A stretch of DNA of 64,000 nt, taken from Spirochaetia bacterium (lineage in GTDB: Bacteria > Spirochaetota > Spirochaetia > SZUA-6 > Bin103). The position numbers and the translations under genes were made by a program. The notes beneath the pieces were generated by a model. That model was not told the origin of the DNA and ran no database searches. It saw nothing but the letters and a program-made list of their open reading frames with translations. The DNA lies in assembly GCA_965203515.1 (NCBI GenBank), contig OZ241907.1, forward strand, positions 576,001 to 640,000, in the 5' to 3' direction. Positions 1-10,353 of the stretch are shown here, piece after piece (the stretch's first letter is position 1; every line of letters starts with the position of its first letter).

Positions 1-336
1 GCGGCGGCGAAGCAGGGCATGGGGATCGTCGTCGGCACCCCGTTGGGGGCGCTGTTCGGCCATGAAGCGGCCCGCGGCAAGACGCTGGCGGCGCTCTCCG
101 ACCGTGAACGGCACGACGCCGAGGTCGTGATCGAGCGGCTGCGGGAGGAGTCGGGGACGCTGGCCCGCAATGCGTTCCGCTATATCCTGGCGGACGAGGC
201 GGTGAGCACGGTGTCGAGCGGCGCGGCCGACGTCGAACAGATCGAAGACGTGGCGGAAGCCTCGACGATCGGGGCGATGCCGGCCGAGCTGATCGCGGAG
301 ATCGACCGAATCGGGGGCTCGAAGCCCCCGGCGTAG
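1..336 (+). CDS. aldo/keto reductase, C-terminal part (5' truncated by window edge)
   Basis: Frame is open from base 1. 'GMGIVVGTPLG...AFRYILADEAVSTVSSGA..VEQIED' resembles the AKR C-terminal region. Confidence 0.65.
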   Translation, partial: AAAKQGMGIVVGTPLGALFGHEAARGKTLAALSDRERHDAEVVIERLREESGTLARNAFRYILADEAVSTVSSGAADVEQIEDVAEASTIGAMPAELIAEIDRIGGSKPPA

Positions 337-368
337 CGTCAGATGGTCGGCATCGGCCCTTCGGTCGG

Positions 369-1052
369 CTACTCGCGGGAGCCGACCTGGGACTTGAGCC
401 AGCTCGCGAGTTGCTGCTGATTGCGCGTCTGCACCATGATGTCGCCGGGGCCGGTGAAGTCGAACACGAAGCCTTCACCCGACTTGAGCGACTGCATGGT
501 GCGGCCCTGCACCGCCCGCCGCAGATCGAAGGTGACGGTGTCGACGAAGGCCAATATGTGGTTGGTGTCGACGACTACCGTCTCATCCGCCGCCAGCGAG
601 ATCACTTCGACGGCCCCGTAGGAGGCCACCAGCGCCCGGCCCGTTCCGGCAGCGTGGATCATGAATCCGCCCTCGCCGCCGAACAGCATCTTCGATCCGC
701 CCCACTTGGTTTCGATCTCCACGGATGCGTCGGAGGCGAGCCAGTTGCCCCGTTCGATGAGCCAGGAGTGCGAGCCGTCGAGTTCGAGCGTCTTGATATC
801 GCCGGGCAGCTTGGCGGCGACGTCGACCCATCCGCCGCCGGCGGGCGCGGTGTAGGTCGATACGAACAGCGACTCGCCGCCCAGGACGCTGCGCTTGAGG
901 CCCTTGAGCAGGCCGCCCTCCATGCGGGCTTCGAGCTCCATGCCCGACGAATGGGCCATCATCGCGCCCGCTTCCACCTTCAGCCGTTCGCCGCCGCTCA
1001 TGCGGCACCGCGCCACCGCGAAGCTGGGAGCATGTCGAATATCCGGTTCCAT
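369..1052 (-). CDS. TIGR00266/AIM24 family protein
   Basis: Motifs 'EAGAMMAHS', 'LGGESLF', 'FGGEG.F', 'VDTNHILAF', 'SGEGFVFDFTGPG..QTRN'. Start taken at ATG 1052 (MEPDIRHAP). Confidence 0.85.
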   Translation of the reverse strand: MEPDIRHAPSFAVARCRMSGGERLKVEAGAMMAHSSGMELEARMEGGLLKGLKRSVLGGESLFVSTYTAPAGGGWVDVAAKLPGDIKTLELDGSHSWLIERGNWLASDASVEIETKWGGSKMLFGGEGGFMIHAAGTGRALVASYGAVEVISLAADETVVVDTNHILAFVDTVTFDLRRAVQGRTMQSLKSGEGFVFDFTGPGDIMVQTRNQQQLASWLKSQVGSRE

Positions 1053-1160
1053 GACCGCCATGCAACCAGACCCCGCCGCCGCGGTCAATCGCTGTCCTCC
1101 GGCCACAGCGCGCAGGTTCACGCTCACACTCTTCGTCATTGAGACGTAGCGCGCAGTATC

Positions 1161-2297
1161 ATGGCAGCGATGAAGGCCGGGAGGCGCCGTCTGTTCACGC
1201 CGGGGACCGGCGCCGCTCCGCCGGCGCTGACCGGTCGCGAGCGGGAACAGGGGGTCCTCAGGGAGTGCCTGGCCGACCTGCTCGGCGGCCGGGCTCCGCC
1301 GCACGACGCCGTCCTGACGGGGCCGCGCGGCAACGGCAAGACGGTGCTGCTCAACTGGTTCGAGGGCGCCTGCCGCGAAGCCGGCCGGCTGGCGATCGTG
1401 CGGCTGTCGCCAAGCCGGACTCGAACCGGGCCGGCGCTCGTCGACGTGCTGTTGCCGGCGTCACCGATCAGGAAGCTCCTGCCCAGGAAGCTAGGCGTCA
1501 CGGGAGTCGGCCAGGCGGAGTGGGCGGCGCCGGCTCCGTCGGTGCAGGACCTGACCGCGCGGCTGATCGCCCGGTGCCGCGCGAGCCCCCTGGTCGTCCT
1601 GGTCGACGAAGCCCACACGCTCGATCGCGGCGTCGGCCAACTGCTGTTGAACGTCAGCCAGGAGGTCCGCGCCGACGCGCCGTTCCTGATGGTGCTTGCC
1701 GGCACACCGGGCATGCCCGCCCATCTCGGCGCCATGGATGCTTCGTTTTGGAGCCGCTTGGGCAAGGGGCGCCTGGGCATCGGACTGCTGAGCGACGCCG
1801 CGGCCCGCGCGGCGCTGGCCGAGCCGCTGGCCGAGCACGGCGTGGGCATCGACGCCGCGGCCCTCGACGCCGTCGTGGAGGACAGCCAGCGCTATCCCTA
1901 CTTCGTGCAGCTCTGGGGCGAGGCGCTGTGGGATCGTCACTTGGCCGCCGGCGCGACTCGGCTGACCGCCGCTCACGCGGACGCGGCGAGGCCGGAGGTA
2001 ACGGCCCGGGTTACCGACTACTACCAGGACCGGTATCGAGAGATGGAGACCCGCGGCCTGCTGCCGGCGGCGGCAGCGACGGCGCGGCTGTTTCGGAACG
2101 CCGCGGCCGCGTCCGACAGCGCGCTCGACGCCGCCCTTGCCGAGACCGGCGCGGACGCCGCAGGCCGGCTGGCGGCGCGCGAGGAGCTGAACCTGCTCGG
2201 CTACGTCTGGAGCCCGCCGGGCCAACTGCCGCCGGTCGTCTGGGTCCCCGGCATCCCGTCGCTGATGGCGTATCTGCTCGACCGCGCTCCATCCTGA
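1161..2297 (+). CDS. AAA-family ATPase (AAA_16/archaeal-ATPase-like)
   Basis: N-terminal 'FTPGTG..PP.L.GRE.E', Walker A GPRGNGKT, Walker B VLVDEAH, 'YPYFVQLWG'. Confidence 0.85.
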   Translation: MAAMKAGRRRLFTPGTGAAPPALTGREREQGVLRECLADLLGGRAPPHDAVLTGPRGNGKTVLLNWFEGACREAGRLAIVRLSPSRTRTGPALVDVLLPASPIRKLLPRKLGVTGVGQAEWAAPAPSVQDLTARLIARCRASPLVVLVDEAHTLDRGVGQLLLNVSQEVRADAPFLMVLAGTPGMPAHLGAMDASFWSRLGKGRLGIGLLSDAAARAALAEPLAEHGVGIDAAALDAVVEDSQRYPYFVQLWGEALWDRHLAAGATRLTAAHADAARPEVTARVTDYYQDRYREMETRGLLPAAAATARLFRNAAAASDSALDAALAETGADAAGRLAAREELNLLGYVWSPPGQLPPVVWVPGIPSLMAYLLDRAPS

Positions 2298-2339
2298 TTG
2301 CGGCGGCGCTCCGCCCGGCGGCTTGAGCGGCCGGCCGAC

Positions 2340-3788
2340 TCAGCGGAACTGAAAGGCGTAGAGCTTGGCGGAGCGCATGCGGAAGTGGAGGCGGATCGGC
2401 CGGCCGGCGTGGGCGCCGAGCGAGGGCGAGCCTTCCCAGCGCACGACGTGGCGCACGTCGTTGGCGGTCACGCGGCGGCAGCGCGCGAGCTCGAAGCCGG
2501 CCAGCGGCCGGCCCGACCGGTCCTGCGCCTCCACCTGCGCCTGCCCCATGGCGGCCACGTCGACGTTCAGTTCCAGACGCTCGCCGGCGAAGCGGAGCGG
2601 CGGCGTGGTGAGCGTGCCGCCCGCGTAGGGAAAGTCGGCCGACACGAAGCCGTCCAGGCGCTGCTCGACCAGCCCGATGCCGTTGCCGTAGGCGCGCCGG
2701 CGCCGCTCTCCTTCGCTCAGGGCGCGGAACCCGCCGTGCGTCCACGGACTGCCGGTGTACATCTGCAGGAGCCGGTCGCCGCGGCGCAGGTGGGCGGGCG
2801 CGGCGTGGACCGTGCCGCCGTCGAACGAGCCGGGCAGGCCGCGGCCGACGTAGGGCCGGCGGTCGTAGCGCATCCAGTGGATGCTGTCGCGGCTGGCGGC
2901 GAACTGCGCGTCGTTGAGCCCGTCGTTGCGCACGGTGGTCTGGCCCGCGCCGAAGTGCTGGTAGGTCATCGGGAACATGAAGTAGGCGGCATCCGCCTCG
3001 AGGTAGGGCAGCACGTCGTGGTGGTAGAGGTCGGAGTCGGGCGGATCGAGCTCATCGGCGGCAAGCACGGTGCGGATGTTCGCTTCCGGCCACGGCGCGG
3101 TCAGGTCGTCGACTTCCAGGCGGCCGATCGACCGGCCGGGGCGCAACAGCCGCGGGGCGGCCACCGTCGGGTCGGCGACCGGTTCCGCGAAGGGGAACAT
3201 CGGCTCGCCGTCGTCGGCGACGATGAGCTTCAGCCACACCACGTAGCGGCCGATCCGCTCGTCCCAGTACGCCTGCTTGGGCGTGTCCGGCGTCAGGGTG
3301 CTCACCAGCCGGTCCGGCAGGTCCCAGACCAGCCCGTCCGCCGAGGAGCCGACGCGGATCCCCTCGCCAAGCACCTGCTCCACCATCTTGAAGCGGCCGG
3401 CCTCGCCGCCGTGCGGATCGATGAAGATATAGGGGAGTTTGCAGTCGGCCAGCACGATGTTGTTGCGCCTCGACCCTTCGTATTCGACCAGGCCGAGCTC
3501 CGGCTTATGCCAGGTGCGGGCGTCGTCCGAGGTCGCGTAGCAGAGGTGCCACCGGCCGCCGGACCACTGGTCCGAGTCGGACGCCGCGTACCAGAGCCTG
3601 TACCGCCCGTCGTCCTGAAGCACGCAACTCCAGCCGATGGAGAACGCCTCCCACGGATGTTCGGAGCGCAGCACCGGTCCCGGCAGCTTGACCGGCGGGT
3701 TGACGGTCAGCTCGACGTCGGCGGCCGAGTCGATGAAGCGGTGGTCGATGAAGAGCTGTTTGCGGTCGGCGGCTTCCAGCATGCTCAT
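2340..3788 (-). CDS. glycosidase-like beta-propeller protein (paralogue 1)
   Basis: Start MSMLEAADRKQLFIDHRF. Contains 'YATSDD..TW.KPELG', Asp-box-like S.DG..W repeats, 'RLDGFVS' and C-terminal 'KLYAFQF'. Clearly paralogous to 10324..11901 and 11865..13391. Confidence 0.7.
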   Translation of the reverse strand: MSMLEAADRKQLFIDHRFIDSAADVELTVNPPVKLPGPVLRSEHPWEAFSIGWSCVLQDDGRYRLWYAASDSDQWSGGRWHLCYATSDDARTWHKPELGLVEYEGSRRNNIVLADCKLPYIFIDPHGGEAGRFKMVEQVLGEGIRVGSSADGLVWDLPDRLVSTLTPDTPKQAYWDERIGRYVVWLKLIVADDGEPMFPFAEPVADPTVAAPRLLRPGRSIGRLEVDDLTAPWPEANIRTVLAADELDPPDSDLYHHDVLPYLEADAAYFMFPMTYQHFGAGQTTVRNDGLNDAQFAASRDSIHWMRYDRRPYVGRGLPGSFDGGTVHAAPAHLRRGDRLLQMYTGSPWTHGGFRALSEGERRRRAYGNGIGLVEQRLDGFVSADFPYAGGTLTTPPLRFAGERLELNVDVAAMGQAQVEAQDRSGRPLAGFELARCRRVTANDVRHVVRWEGSPSLGAHAGRPIRLHFRMRSAKLYAFQFR

Positions 3789-3790
3789 CC

Positions 3791-4813
3791 TCACTCCGGG
3801 GCCGCGGTGAACATGTCCTGACTGGCGAACAGCGCGGCGGTGCCGCCGGTGTGGAGGAACACGACGGTCTGGCCGGCCGTCAACTCGCCGCCGCGGATCA
3901 TGCCGATCAGGCCGGCCATCGCCTTGCCGGTGTAGACCGGGTCCAGGACGATCCCCTGCATCCGCGCGACGACCGTGACCGCTTCCAGCATGTCCGCCGA
4001 CGGCAGGGAGTAGCCGGGGCCAAGCCACTCGTCCCGGCAGGTGATCCGGCCCGGCGCGACCGCGGCGTCGACCTCCAGGAATGCCAGGATCGCCTCGGTC
4101 AGCGCCGTGACGCTCGACTCCTGCTCGGCCCGCGGCCGGCTCACGCTGATGCCGGTGACCTCGACGTCCGAGCCGGCGGCGATCAGTCCGGCCACCAGCC
4201 CGGCGTGGGTGCCGCCGCTGCCGGACGCGCAGACGATCCGGTCCGCCCCCAGCCCGATCCGGTCGAGCTGGGCCAGCAGCTCGGCTGCGCACGACGCGTA
4301 GCCGCAACCGCCCAGCGGATTGGAGCCTCCGACCGGAATCACGCAGGGGGCGCGTCCCTCCGCGCGGGCGGCGGCTGCCGCGCGGCGCAGTCCGCCGGCG
4401 GTGTCACCCCGTCGCACGACGTCGATGCGCTCGGCTCCCAGCAGCCGGTACAGGAAGTTGTTGCCTCCGGCCTGTGGGTCGTAGGTGCCGGGGACGCGCT
4501 CCTCCAGCACCAGCCGGCAGGCGAGCCCTTCGCGGTTGGCGGCCGCCAGGGTCAGCAGGCAGTGATTGGACTGCAGGGCGCCGGCGGTGATCAGGGTGTC
4601 GGCCCCCTGCGCCAGGGCGTCCGCCACCAGGTAGGTCAGCTTGCGGACCTTGTTGCCGCCCATCGCCAGCGGCAGCGTGTCGTCGCGCTTGATCAGCAGG
4701 TCCGGGCCGCCGAGCGACTCGGCGAGCCGCTCCATCGGCTGCAGCGGCGACGGACCGGGCAGATAGGGCCGTTGCGGCAGGGCTTGCAGACGTTCGATGC
4801 CGGAGGTGCTCAT
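3791..4813 (-). CDS. dcyD: D-cysteine desulfhydrase / ACC deaminase family PLP enzyme
   Basis: 'IKRDD...GGNKVRKL' (PLP lysine), 'QSNH', 'SGSGGTHAG', 'LDPVYTGKA', 'FLHTGG'. Confidence 0.9.
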   Translation of the reverse strand: MSTSGIERLQALPQRPYLPGPSPLQPMERLAESLGGPDLLIKRDDTLPLAMGGNKVRKLTYLVADALAQGADTLITAGALQSNHCLLTLAAANREGLACRLVLEERVPGTYDPQAGGNNFLYRLLGAERIDVVRRGDTAGGLRRAAAAARAEGRAPCVIPVGGSNPLGGCGYASCAAELLAQLDRIGLGADRIVCASGSGGTHAGLVAGLIAAGSDVEVTGISVSRPRAEQESSVTALTEAILAFLEVDAAVAPGRITCRDEWLGPGYSLPSADMLEAVTVVARMQGIVLDPVYTGKAMAGLIGMIRGGELTAGQTVVFLHTGGTAALFASQDMFTAAPE

Positions 4814-4893
4814 CGCCCGAGGGACCGGCGGCCATTATAGCGTGGCCGCGCTGAGCGGGTGCGGGCGCGTCGCCGCGGTGCGCGCGGATCGCC

Positions 4894-6441
4894 TCAGACG
4901 TAGGCGATCACCAGCTCGATCCCTTCGATGCGCAGGCGGTCCTGACCGGGTCGATCGAGCGCCACCTCGATCCGGTTCTCTCCCTGCACGACCGGAACGT
5001 CGCGGCAGGTCACGGTCGTCGAGGCCGGCAGCTCGATCCGGTGGCCGGCGTCCAGTCGGCGGCCGTTCAGCGACACCGATGCCTGCGCCCGGGCCGGGTC
5101 GTACCGCCGGCAGGTGACCCGCAGCCACGTGTCGTCGACGGCGCGGTCGCGCCGCGCGGCGTCGACGTCGTCCCCGACCACGATCGAGAACTCCCGGCTC
5201 GCGCCGGCGCCGGCGAGCTCGCAGGGCAGGGGCATCTCGCCGCCCTGCTCGGGGGTGTTGAGCTGCATGTCGACGCTCACCGTGTACCGCTTGTTCTTGC
5301 GGGCGATCCGCCGCGGGTCGTGGACCTCTCGCAGGAACTGGAGCTCGTCGGGGGTGTACCCTTCGCTGCCCCGTTTCGGCAGCCGGTGGCAGTCGTAGTT
5401 GAACAGGTAGATGCAGCTCGCCCCCTGGTACCGGAAGCTCGACGCGGCGGCGTACAGCATGTCGTTGCCGGCGTAGCCATACGCCTTGGCGGCGCGCTCC
5501 AGGCCGCCGCCGATCCGGCACGAGGTCCCCTTGGCCAGCTCCGCGAACGCGGCGATCTCGGCCCCCATGTCGAGGTAGGCGTTGTCCATGGGGATGAACA
5601 GGTCGGCCAACTCCTCCCGTATCCAGGCCGGTACGTCCAGCCCGGTGTTCAGGCAGCGCTCGCGCGTGGGCGGAACCCGCAGCATCAGCGTGAACGGCCG
5701 ACCCTTCCGCTTCGCGATCTCGGCGGTGCCGGCCCGGACCTTGCGCATGAAGTCGGTCATCAGCGGCCGGCCGGCGGCCTCCGCTCCCTGCTTGAAGTAC
5801 CAGCGCCCGCGCTGGAAGTCCATCTCGAAGCCGTCCACGTCGTAGCGCTCGCAGGTCTCCAGGATCAGACCGAGCTTGCGCTCGCGCACCGCCTCGTGGG
5901 CGAAGTCGAAGGCCCACGTGAAGTCGTCCTGTCGGTAGCCGGGATAGCCGGACACCTGCGGATAGGGCGACCCGATCAGCAGCTCCCGATGCTCCTGCTT
6001 GAAGGTGCTGCGCAGGGCGCTCCAGCGGGCGGTATCGTCTTCGTGGATGTCGTTCATCCGCAGGGCGGGCCAGAACTGCAGCCCGCGCGCGTGCGCCCGC
6101 TCAGAGAGCAGCTCGATGATGTCGACGCCCCGGTCGAGGAGCGCCCTGGTGCTCTCGGCCATCCCGCGCACGTATGCCAGCCCCTCCGCCTGCGGCCACT
6201 CGGTGACGTTGGAGCCGTACACCTCGCCGAACGCGGTGCGGTGCGAGAAGGTCTCGTCGCCGCGGCCCATCGAGTTGGTGAAGACGTCGACCTCGGTGCC
6301 GGCGATCTCCTCGATGTCCCGGCACGCCTGCTCCGGCGTGATCGGCGGCTCGTAGGCGATGTAGGTGGTCGAGTCGCCGTCCGAATTGAAGATCAGGCGA
6401 GGAAGTCTCCGCGTTCGCTCGGCGTCGCCCCGGTCGCTCAT
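4894..6441 (-). CDS. glycoside-hydrolase-like protein (GHL10-like)
   Basis: 'RLIFNSDG', 'LRMNDIH', 'FDFAHEAVR', 'YDVDGFEMDF.R', 'IYLFNY'. Start taken at ATG 6441. Confidence 0.6.
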   Translation of the reverse strand: MSDRGDAERTRRLPRLIFNSDGDSTTYIAYEPPITPEQACRDIEEIAGTEVDVFTNSMGRGDETFSHRTAFGEVYGSNVTEWPQAEGLAYVRGMAESTRALLDRGVDIIELLSERAHARGLQFWPALRMNDIHEDDTARWSALRSTFKQEHRELLIGSPYPQVSGYPGYRQDDFTWAFDFAHEAVRERKLGLILETCERYDVDGFEMDFQRGRWYFKQGAEAAGRPLMTDFMRKVRAGTAEIAKRKGRPFTLMLRVPPTRERCLNTGLDVPAWIREELADLFIPMDNAYLDMGAEIAAFAELAKGTSCRIGGGLERAAKAYGYAGNDMLYAAASSFRYQGASCIYLFNYDCHRLPKRGSEGYTPDELQFLREVHDPRRIARKNKRYTVSVDMQLNTPEQGGEMPLPCELAGAGASREFSIVVGDDVDAARRDRAVDDTWLRVTCRRYDPARAQASVSLNGRRLDAGHRIELPASTTVTCRDVPVVQGENRIEVALDRPGQDRLRIEGIELVIAYV

Positions 6442-6536
6442 GGTCACCGCTCCTATGCATGCAGCATACCCGCCTTTCCGGCGGTTCGGGAATGACCGGC
6501 CAGCAGCGCGGTTTGACATCGACGGAGCGCCGCCCG

Positions 6537-7517
6537 ATGATCGGGGTCGTGAACAAGCCGTCGACCGCGACGGCCCCCGGCGCCATCGACGCGGCCGTCA
6601 GACAGACGCTGCGGAGGCAGACCCGATCCCGCATCGTCCGCATGAGAGAGCTCTATCTGCTCTTTCTGATTCCGCTGGCGCTGCTGGCGATCTTCAAGTA
6701 CGTCCCCATGGTCGGCGTGATCGTCGCGTTCAAGGACTACAGCCCCCGAGCCGGCATACTGGGCAGCCCCTGGAACGACTTCGAGCACTTCCGGTTCCTC
6801 TTCTCCACGCCGCAGTTCCTGGAGCTGATCGTCAACACCTTCCGCATCAGTCTCCTCAAGTTCGCGTTCGGGTTCCCGGCGCCGATCGCCTTCGCGCTGA
6901 TCCTCAACGAGCTGACCAACCGCCGCTACAAGCGCGTGGTGCAGAGCATCTCCTACCTGCCCCATTTCCTGTCGTGGGTGGTGTTGGGGGCGATCTTCAA
7001 GGTGCTGTTCTCGGTGGAGCGGGGGCCGATCAACGCGGTGATACAGGCGCTGGGCGGCGAGCCGATCTACTTCCTGGCCGAGCCGGACTGGTTCCTGTTC
7101 AGCGTGGTCATCACCCACGTCTGGAAGAGCATCGGCTGGGGCAGCATCATCTTCCTGGCGTCGATCACCTCCATCGATCCGGGGCTGTACGACGCCGCCG
7201 ACGTGGACGGCGCGAACCGCCTGCAGAAGGCCCTGCACGTGACGCTGCCGGCGATGGTGCCGGTGATCACGATCATGCTCATCCTCACCGTGCAGAACCT
7301 GAATCAGGCCGGCTTCGACCAGATCTACCACCTCTACAATCCGCTGGTATTCAGCGTCGCCGACATCTTCGAGACCTACGTGTACCGCGTCGGGCTGGTC
7401 GACCGGCAATACGACTTCGGCATCGCCGTGCACCTGTTCCAGAACGCGGTGGCGGTCCTGTTCGTGTTGATCGCCAACACGCTGGCGCGGCGCTACAGCG
7501 AGTACGCGCTGTGGTAG
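6537..7517 (+). CDS. carbohydrate ABC transporter permease (LplB-like); start uncertain
   Basis: 'VQSISYLPHFLSWVV', EAA loop 'LYDAADVDGANR', multiple TM segments. Confidence 0.9.
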   Translation: MIGVVNKPSTATAPGAIDAAVRQTLRRQTRSRIVRMRELYLLFLIPLALLAIFKYVPMVGVIVAFKDYSPRAGILGSPWNDFEHFRFLFSTPQFLELIVNTFRISLLKFAFGFPAPIAFALILNELTNRRYKRVVQSISYLPHFLSWVVLGAIFKVLFSVERGPINAVIQALGGEPIYFLAEPDWFLFSVVITHVWKSIGWGSIIFLASITSIDPGLYDAADVDGANRLQKALHVTLPAMVPVITIMLILTVQNLNQAGFDQIYHLYNPLVFSVADIFETYVYRVGLVDRQYDFGIAVHLFQNAVAVLFVLIANTLARRYSEYALW

Positions 7518-7530
7518 CAAGGCCGGCGCC

Positions 7531-8421
7531 ATGACCATGCGGCGGGGGATCGGCAGCCACGCCTTCGACGGCGTCAACGCGCTGTGCATGGCCGCGTTTT
7601 GCCTCACCGTGCTGTACCCGTTCTGGAACCTGATCCTGGTGTCGCTGGAGGGCATCGGCGAGGTCAAGGCGCTCCGCTTCAAGCTGACCAACGCTACCTG
7701 GTCGGCATCGGCGTATCGCTACCTGCTGTTCGACTCGCTGGTGCTGCGATCCTATCGGAACACGATCCTGCGCACGGTGGTGGGGACCGCCATGGGCGTG
7801 TTCGTCTGTTCGCTGGCCGCCTATACGGTCTCCAAGCGGGAGCTGCCCGGCCGCGGCCTGCTGATGGCGATCCTGATCGTCACGCTCTTCTTTTCGGGCG
7901 GGTTCATCCCGACGTTTCTGCTGATCAGGAACCTCGGGCTGTTCAACACGTTCTGGGCGCTGGTGCTGCCGGGCCTGGTGAACGCCTTCAACGTCATCAT
8001 CATCCGCAACTTCTTCATGGCGATCGACCGGGGAGTGGAGGAATCGGCGCTGATGGACGGCGCCAGCTACCTGCGCATCCTGGTGTCGATCGTCATGCCG
8101 CTGAGCATGCCGGTGCTGGCGACGGTCACGCTCTGGACCGCCGTGAGCATCTGGAACGAATGGTTCGAGGCGCTGATCTTCGTGTCCGGCAACGACTGGA
8201 TCGTGCTGCAGGAGTTCATCCGCCGCATGATGGAGGAGGTCTTCGACAAGCGGGAACGGGCCGTCATCGACCGTTTCAACGACGAGTTCGGCCGGCGGAT
8301 ACAGCGGGACAACGTACAGGCGGCCGTGATCATCATCACCATCGGGCCGATCGTGCTGCTCTATCCGTTCCTGCAGCGCTACTTCGTGCGCGGCATCATG
8401 GTCGGCTCGCTGAAGGCGTAG
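7531..8421 (+). CDS. carbohydrate ABC transporter permease (LplC-like)
   Basis: 'FFSGGFIPTF', EAA loop 'EESALMDGAS', C-terminal 'YPFLQRYFVRGIMVGSLK'. Confidence 0.92.
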   Translation: MTMRRGIGSHAFDGVNALCMAAFCLTVLYPFWNLILVSLEGIGEVKALRFKLTNATWSASAYRYLLFDSLVLRSYRNTILRTVVGTAMGVFVCSLAAYTVSKRELPGRGLLMAILIVTLFFSGGFIPTFLLIRNLGLFNTFWALVLPGLVNAFNVIIIRNFFMAIDRGVEESALMDGASYLRILVSIVMPLSMPVLATVTLWTAVSIWNEWFEALIFVSGNDWIVLQEFIRRMMEEVFDKRERAVIDRFNDEFGRRIQRDNVQAAVIIITIGPIVLLYPFLQRYFVRGIMVGSLKA

Positions 8422-8465
8422 CCGTCTCCCAACCGAATACCGAATATCCGAAACTTCCGGGCAGG

Positions 8466-8496
8466 AAAAAGGCAGGGCCCTGCTCGAGCCCTGCCT
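8466..8496 (-). terminator. rho-independent terminator of the solute-binding protein gene
   Basis: 9-bp stem AGGCAGGGC (8470-8478) / GCCCTGCCT (8488-8496), followed by a U-run on the minus strand (AAAAA 8466-8470). Lies between convergent genes. Confidence 0.75.
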
Positions 8497-8521
8497 GAAA
8501 TCGCCGTTGCCGGCCGAAGGC

Positions 8522-10201
8522 TCAGTATTCGAGCCGGCCGTCGAGGTACGCGTCGACCAGCGGAGCCTTGCCGTACTCCCGCAGGTACCGGCTCATGCCG
8601 TTCCGTTCGAGGTCGGCCAGGTAGTCGTCCCAGGATTCGTCGATGTCGAGGTCGCCCAGGATGAACTCGGCCGTGTACTCCAGGACCGTGGAGGTGAGAC
8701 CGGAGTTGTAGCGCTTGCCCATCGTGACGATGTCGGTCTCATTGAGGAAGTCGTAGCGGTACTGGTGGACGTAGTGGTCCAGGTAGCCGTCCTTCGCCAA
8801 CAGATCGTTCTCCACCTGCTCGTACGGCTGGCCCAGCTTGCGGATGTCGTGCAGCCACGGCAGCCAGTAGCCGCCGATGAGGTTGCCGGCGTGCTTGTGC
8901 CGCTCCGCCTCGCTGATCTCGTGCGTGACGATCGGCGACTTCCAGGGTTCGCCCGACCAGTCGTAGTTCACGCCCTCGACGCCGTACCAGTTGCGCAGGA
9001 AGCCCTCCCGGGTGGAGTGCAGCCAGTCGAAGATGCGCATGGCGCGGTCGAACTTCTCATCGGAGAGGTCGCTCGATGCCAGCGCGGCGCGGCCCAGCGT
9101 GCCGATCCGGAACGAAGTGGGGATGACCTTCTCCAGGAGGTTCGAGGTGCCGTACAGACCGGTCGCGTGATTCCTCTCGGTCGGCATGACCACCACCTTG
9201 GCGTCGGGGTGCGCGTTCAGCATCTGGAACGGCACCTCGGTGTCGGCAGCCTCGTAGACGTAGTAGTAGTGGTACTGCATGTAGCCGAGGTGGCCGGAGT
9301 CCCACAGCTCCTTGGCGGCGGCTGCGTCCTGCGCGTCGATCACCGTCTCCTTGCTCAGGATGCCCTCCCGATGGAGCTGATTGAACCACTTGAGCGCGTC
9401 CCGGTAGGCGTCCGTGGAATAGATGAAGCGCAGATCGCCGTCTTCGGAGACGTTGATGTCGACGTTGCGCCCCTCGGTACCGTACAGCGCGCCGGCCTGG
9501 CCAAAGCTGGTGAAGGTAGCGGGGAAGTACGGGCCCATGCCGTAGGTCCGCTCGGCGCCCGAGGCGTTCTCATCCACGAACCGCTTCAGTATCCGCCGCA
9601 TCTCCTCGGTGTCGAAGCCCTCCGTGCTCCAGAAGACCCGCGGCGCGATCTCCACCAGCTCGCCGGGCGGCTCGATGCCGAGCTTCTCCAGCCAGTCCAG
9701 GCGGTAGAAGGAGACCATCATCTGCAACGGGGTGTTGTACAGCTGCGGGATGCCCATCAGCGCGTCCTCGCCCGGTACGCGCAGGAACGACCACGCGCCG
9801 GTCTCATCCATGAGCCGGGCGGTGTTTGGCATCTTTTCGCGGATATCCTCGAACGACCAGGTACGGATCATGTCGTCCTGGTACAGCTCGGCCATGTTGG
9901 CCTGCAGCACCGCGCTGAACTCCGGTATGCGGCCGGTGGCGAGCTGGGCGGCCACCGCCTCGGTGTTGCTCCAGTCCCGCAGGTCGGGCCAGATGAACGT
10001 GGTGTTGAACCGCTCCGACATCTCGTTGAGGTAGATGTTCTCGGCGGCGTTCGCCTCGTCGTTGAAGCGCATGGTCCAGCCGAGCCACTCGATTTCCAGA
10101 TGCTTGGCAAAGGGGTCCTGGCCGAACGCCACGCCGGCCGCCATGACCGTGACCAGTCCTGCCCCGACTGCGGTGAGCAACGATCTCCGTAACCGTCTCA
10201 T
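8522..10201 (-). CDS. ABC transporter extracellular solute-binding protein (family 1-like)
   Basis: Signal peptide (MRRLRR...AGVAFG-Q), RBS AGGAGGAAGG, 'YRLDWLEKLGIEPP', 'WYGVEGVNY', C-terminal 'FILG...WDDYL..L...G'. Confidence 0.85.
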   Translation of the reverse strand: MRRLRRSLLTAVGAGLVTVMAAGVAFGQDPFAKHLEIEWLGWTMRFNDEANAAENIYLNEMSERFNTTFIWPDLRDWSNTEAVAAQLATGRIPEFSAVLQANMAELYQDDMIRTWSFEDIREKMPNTARLMDETGAWSFLRVPGEDALMGIPQLYNTPLQMMVSFYRLDWLEKLGIEPPGELVEIAPRVFWSTEGFDTEEMRRILKRFVDENASGAERTYGMGPYFPATFTSFGQAGALYGTEGRNVDINVSEDGDLRFIYSTDAYRDALKWFNQLHREGILSKETVIDAQDAAAAKELWDSGHLGYMQYHYYYVYEAADTEVPFQMLNAHPDAKVVVMPTERNHATGLYGTSNLLEKVIPTSFRIGTLGRAALASSDLSDEKFDRAMRIFDWLHSTREGFLRNWYGVEGVNYDWSGEPWKSPIVTHEISEAERHKHAGNLIGGYWLPWLHDIRKLGQPYEQVENDLLAKDGYLDHYVHQYRYDFLNETDIVTMGKRYNSGLTSTVLEYTAEFILGDLDIDESWDDYLADLERNGMSRYLREYGKAPLVDAYLDGRLEY

Positions 10202-10318
10202 ACCCTTCCTCCTTTGGGATTATGGAAGTGCCCGCCAGTCTAGGGGCCGCCGCCGGCCGGCGCAAGCGGCGCCGTTGTCGGGAGCCGGCGAGGCGGGCAG
10301 AATGCCCGTTGCGGAGGG

Positions 10319-10353
10319 TGACCATGCAGGATCGGCTGACCATGCAGGATCGG
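10319..10353. repeat. 18-bp-period direct duplication of the start region (TGACCATGCAGGATCGG x2)
   Basis: Two identical 17-mers at 10319 and 10337, giving two in-frame ATGs (MQDRLTMQDRY). Confidence 0.8.
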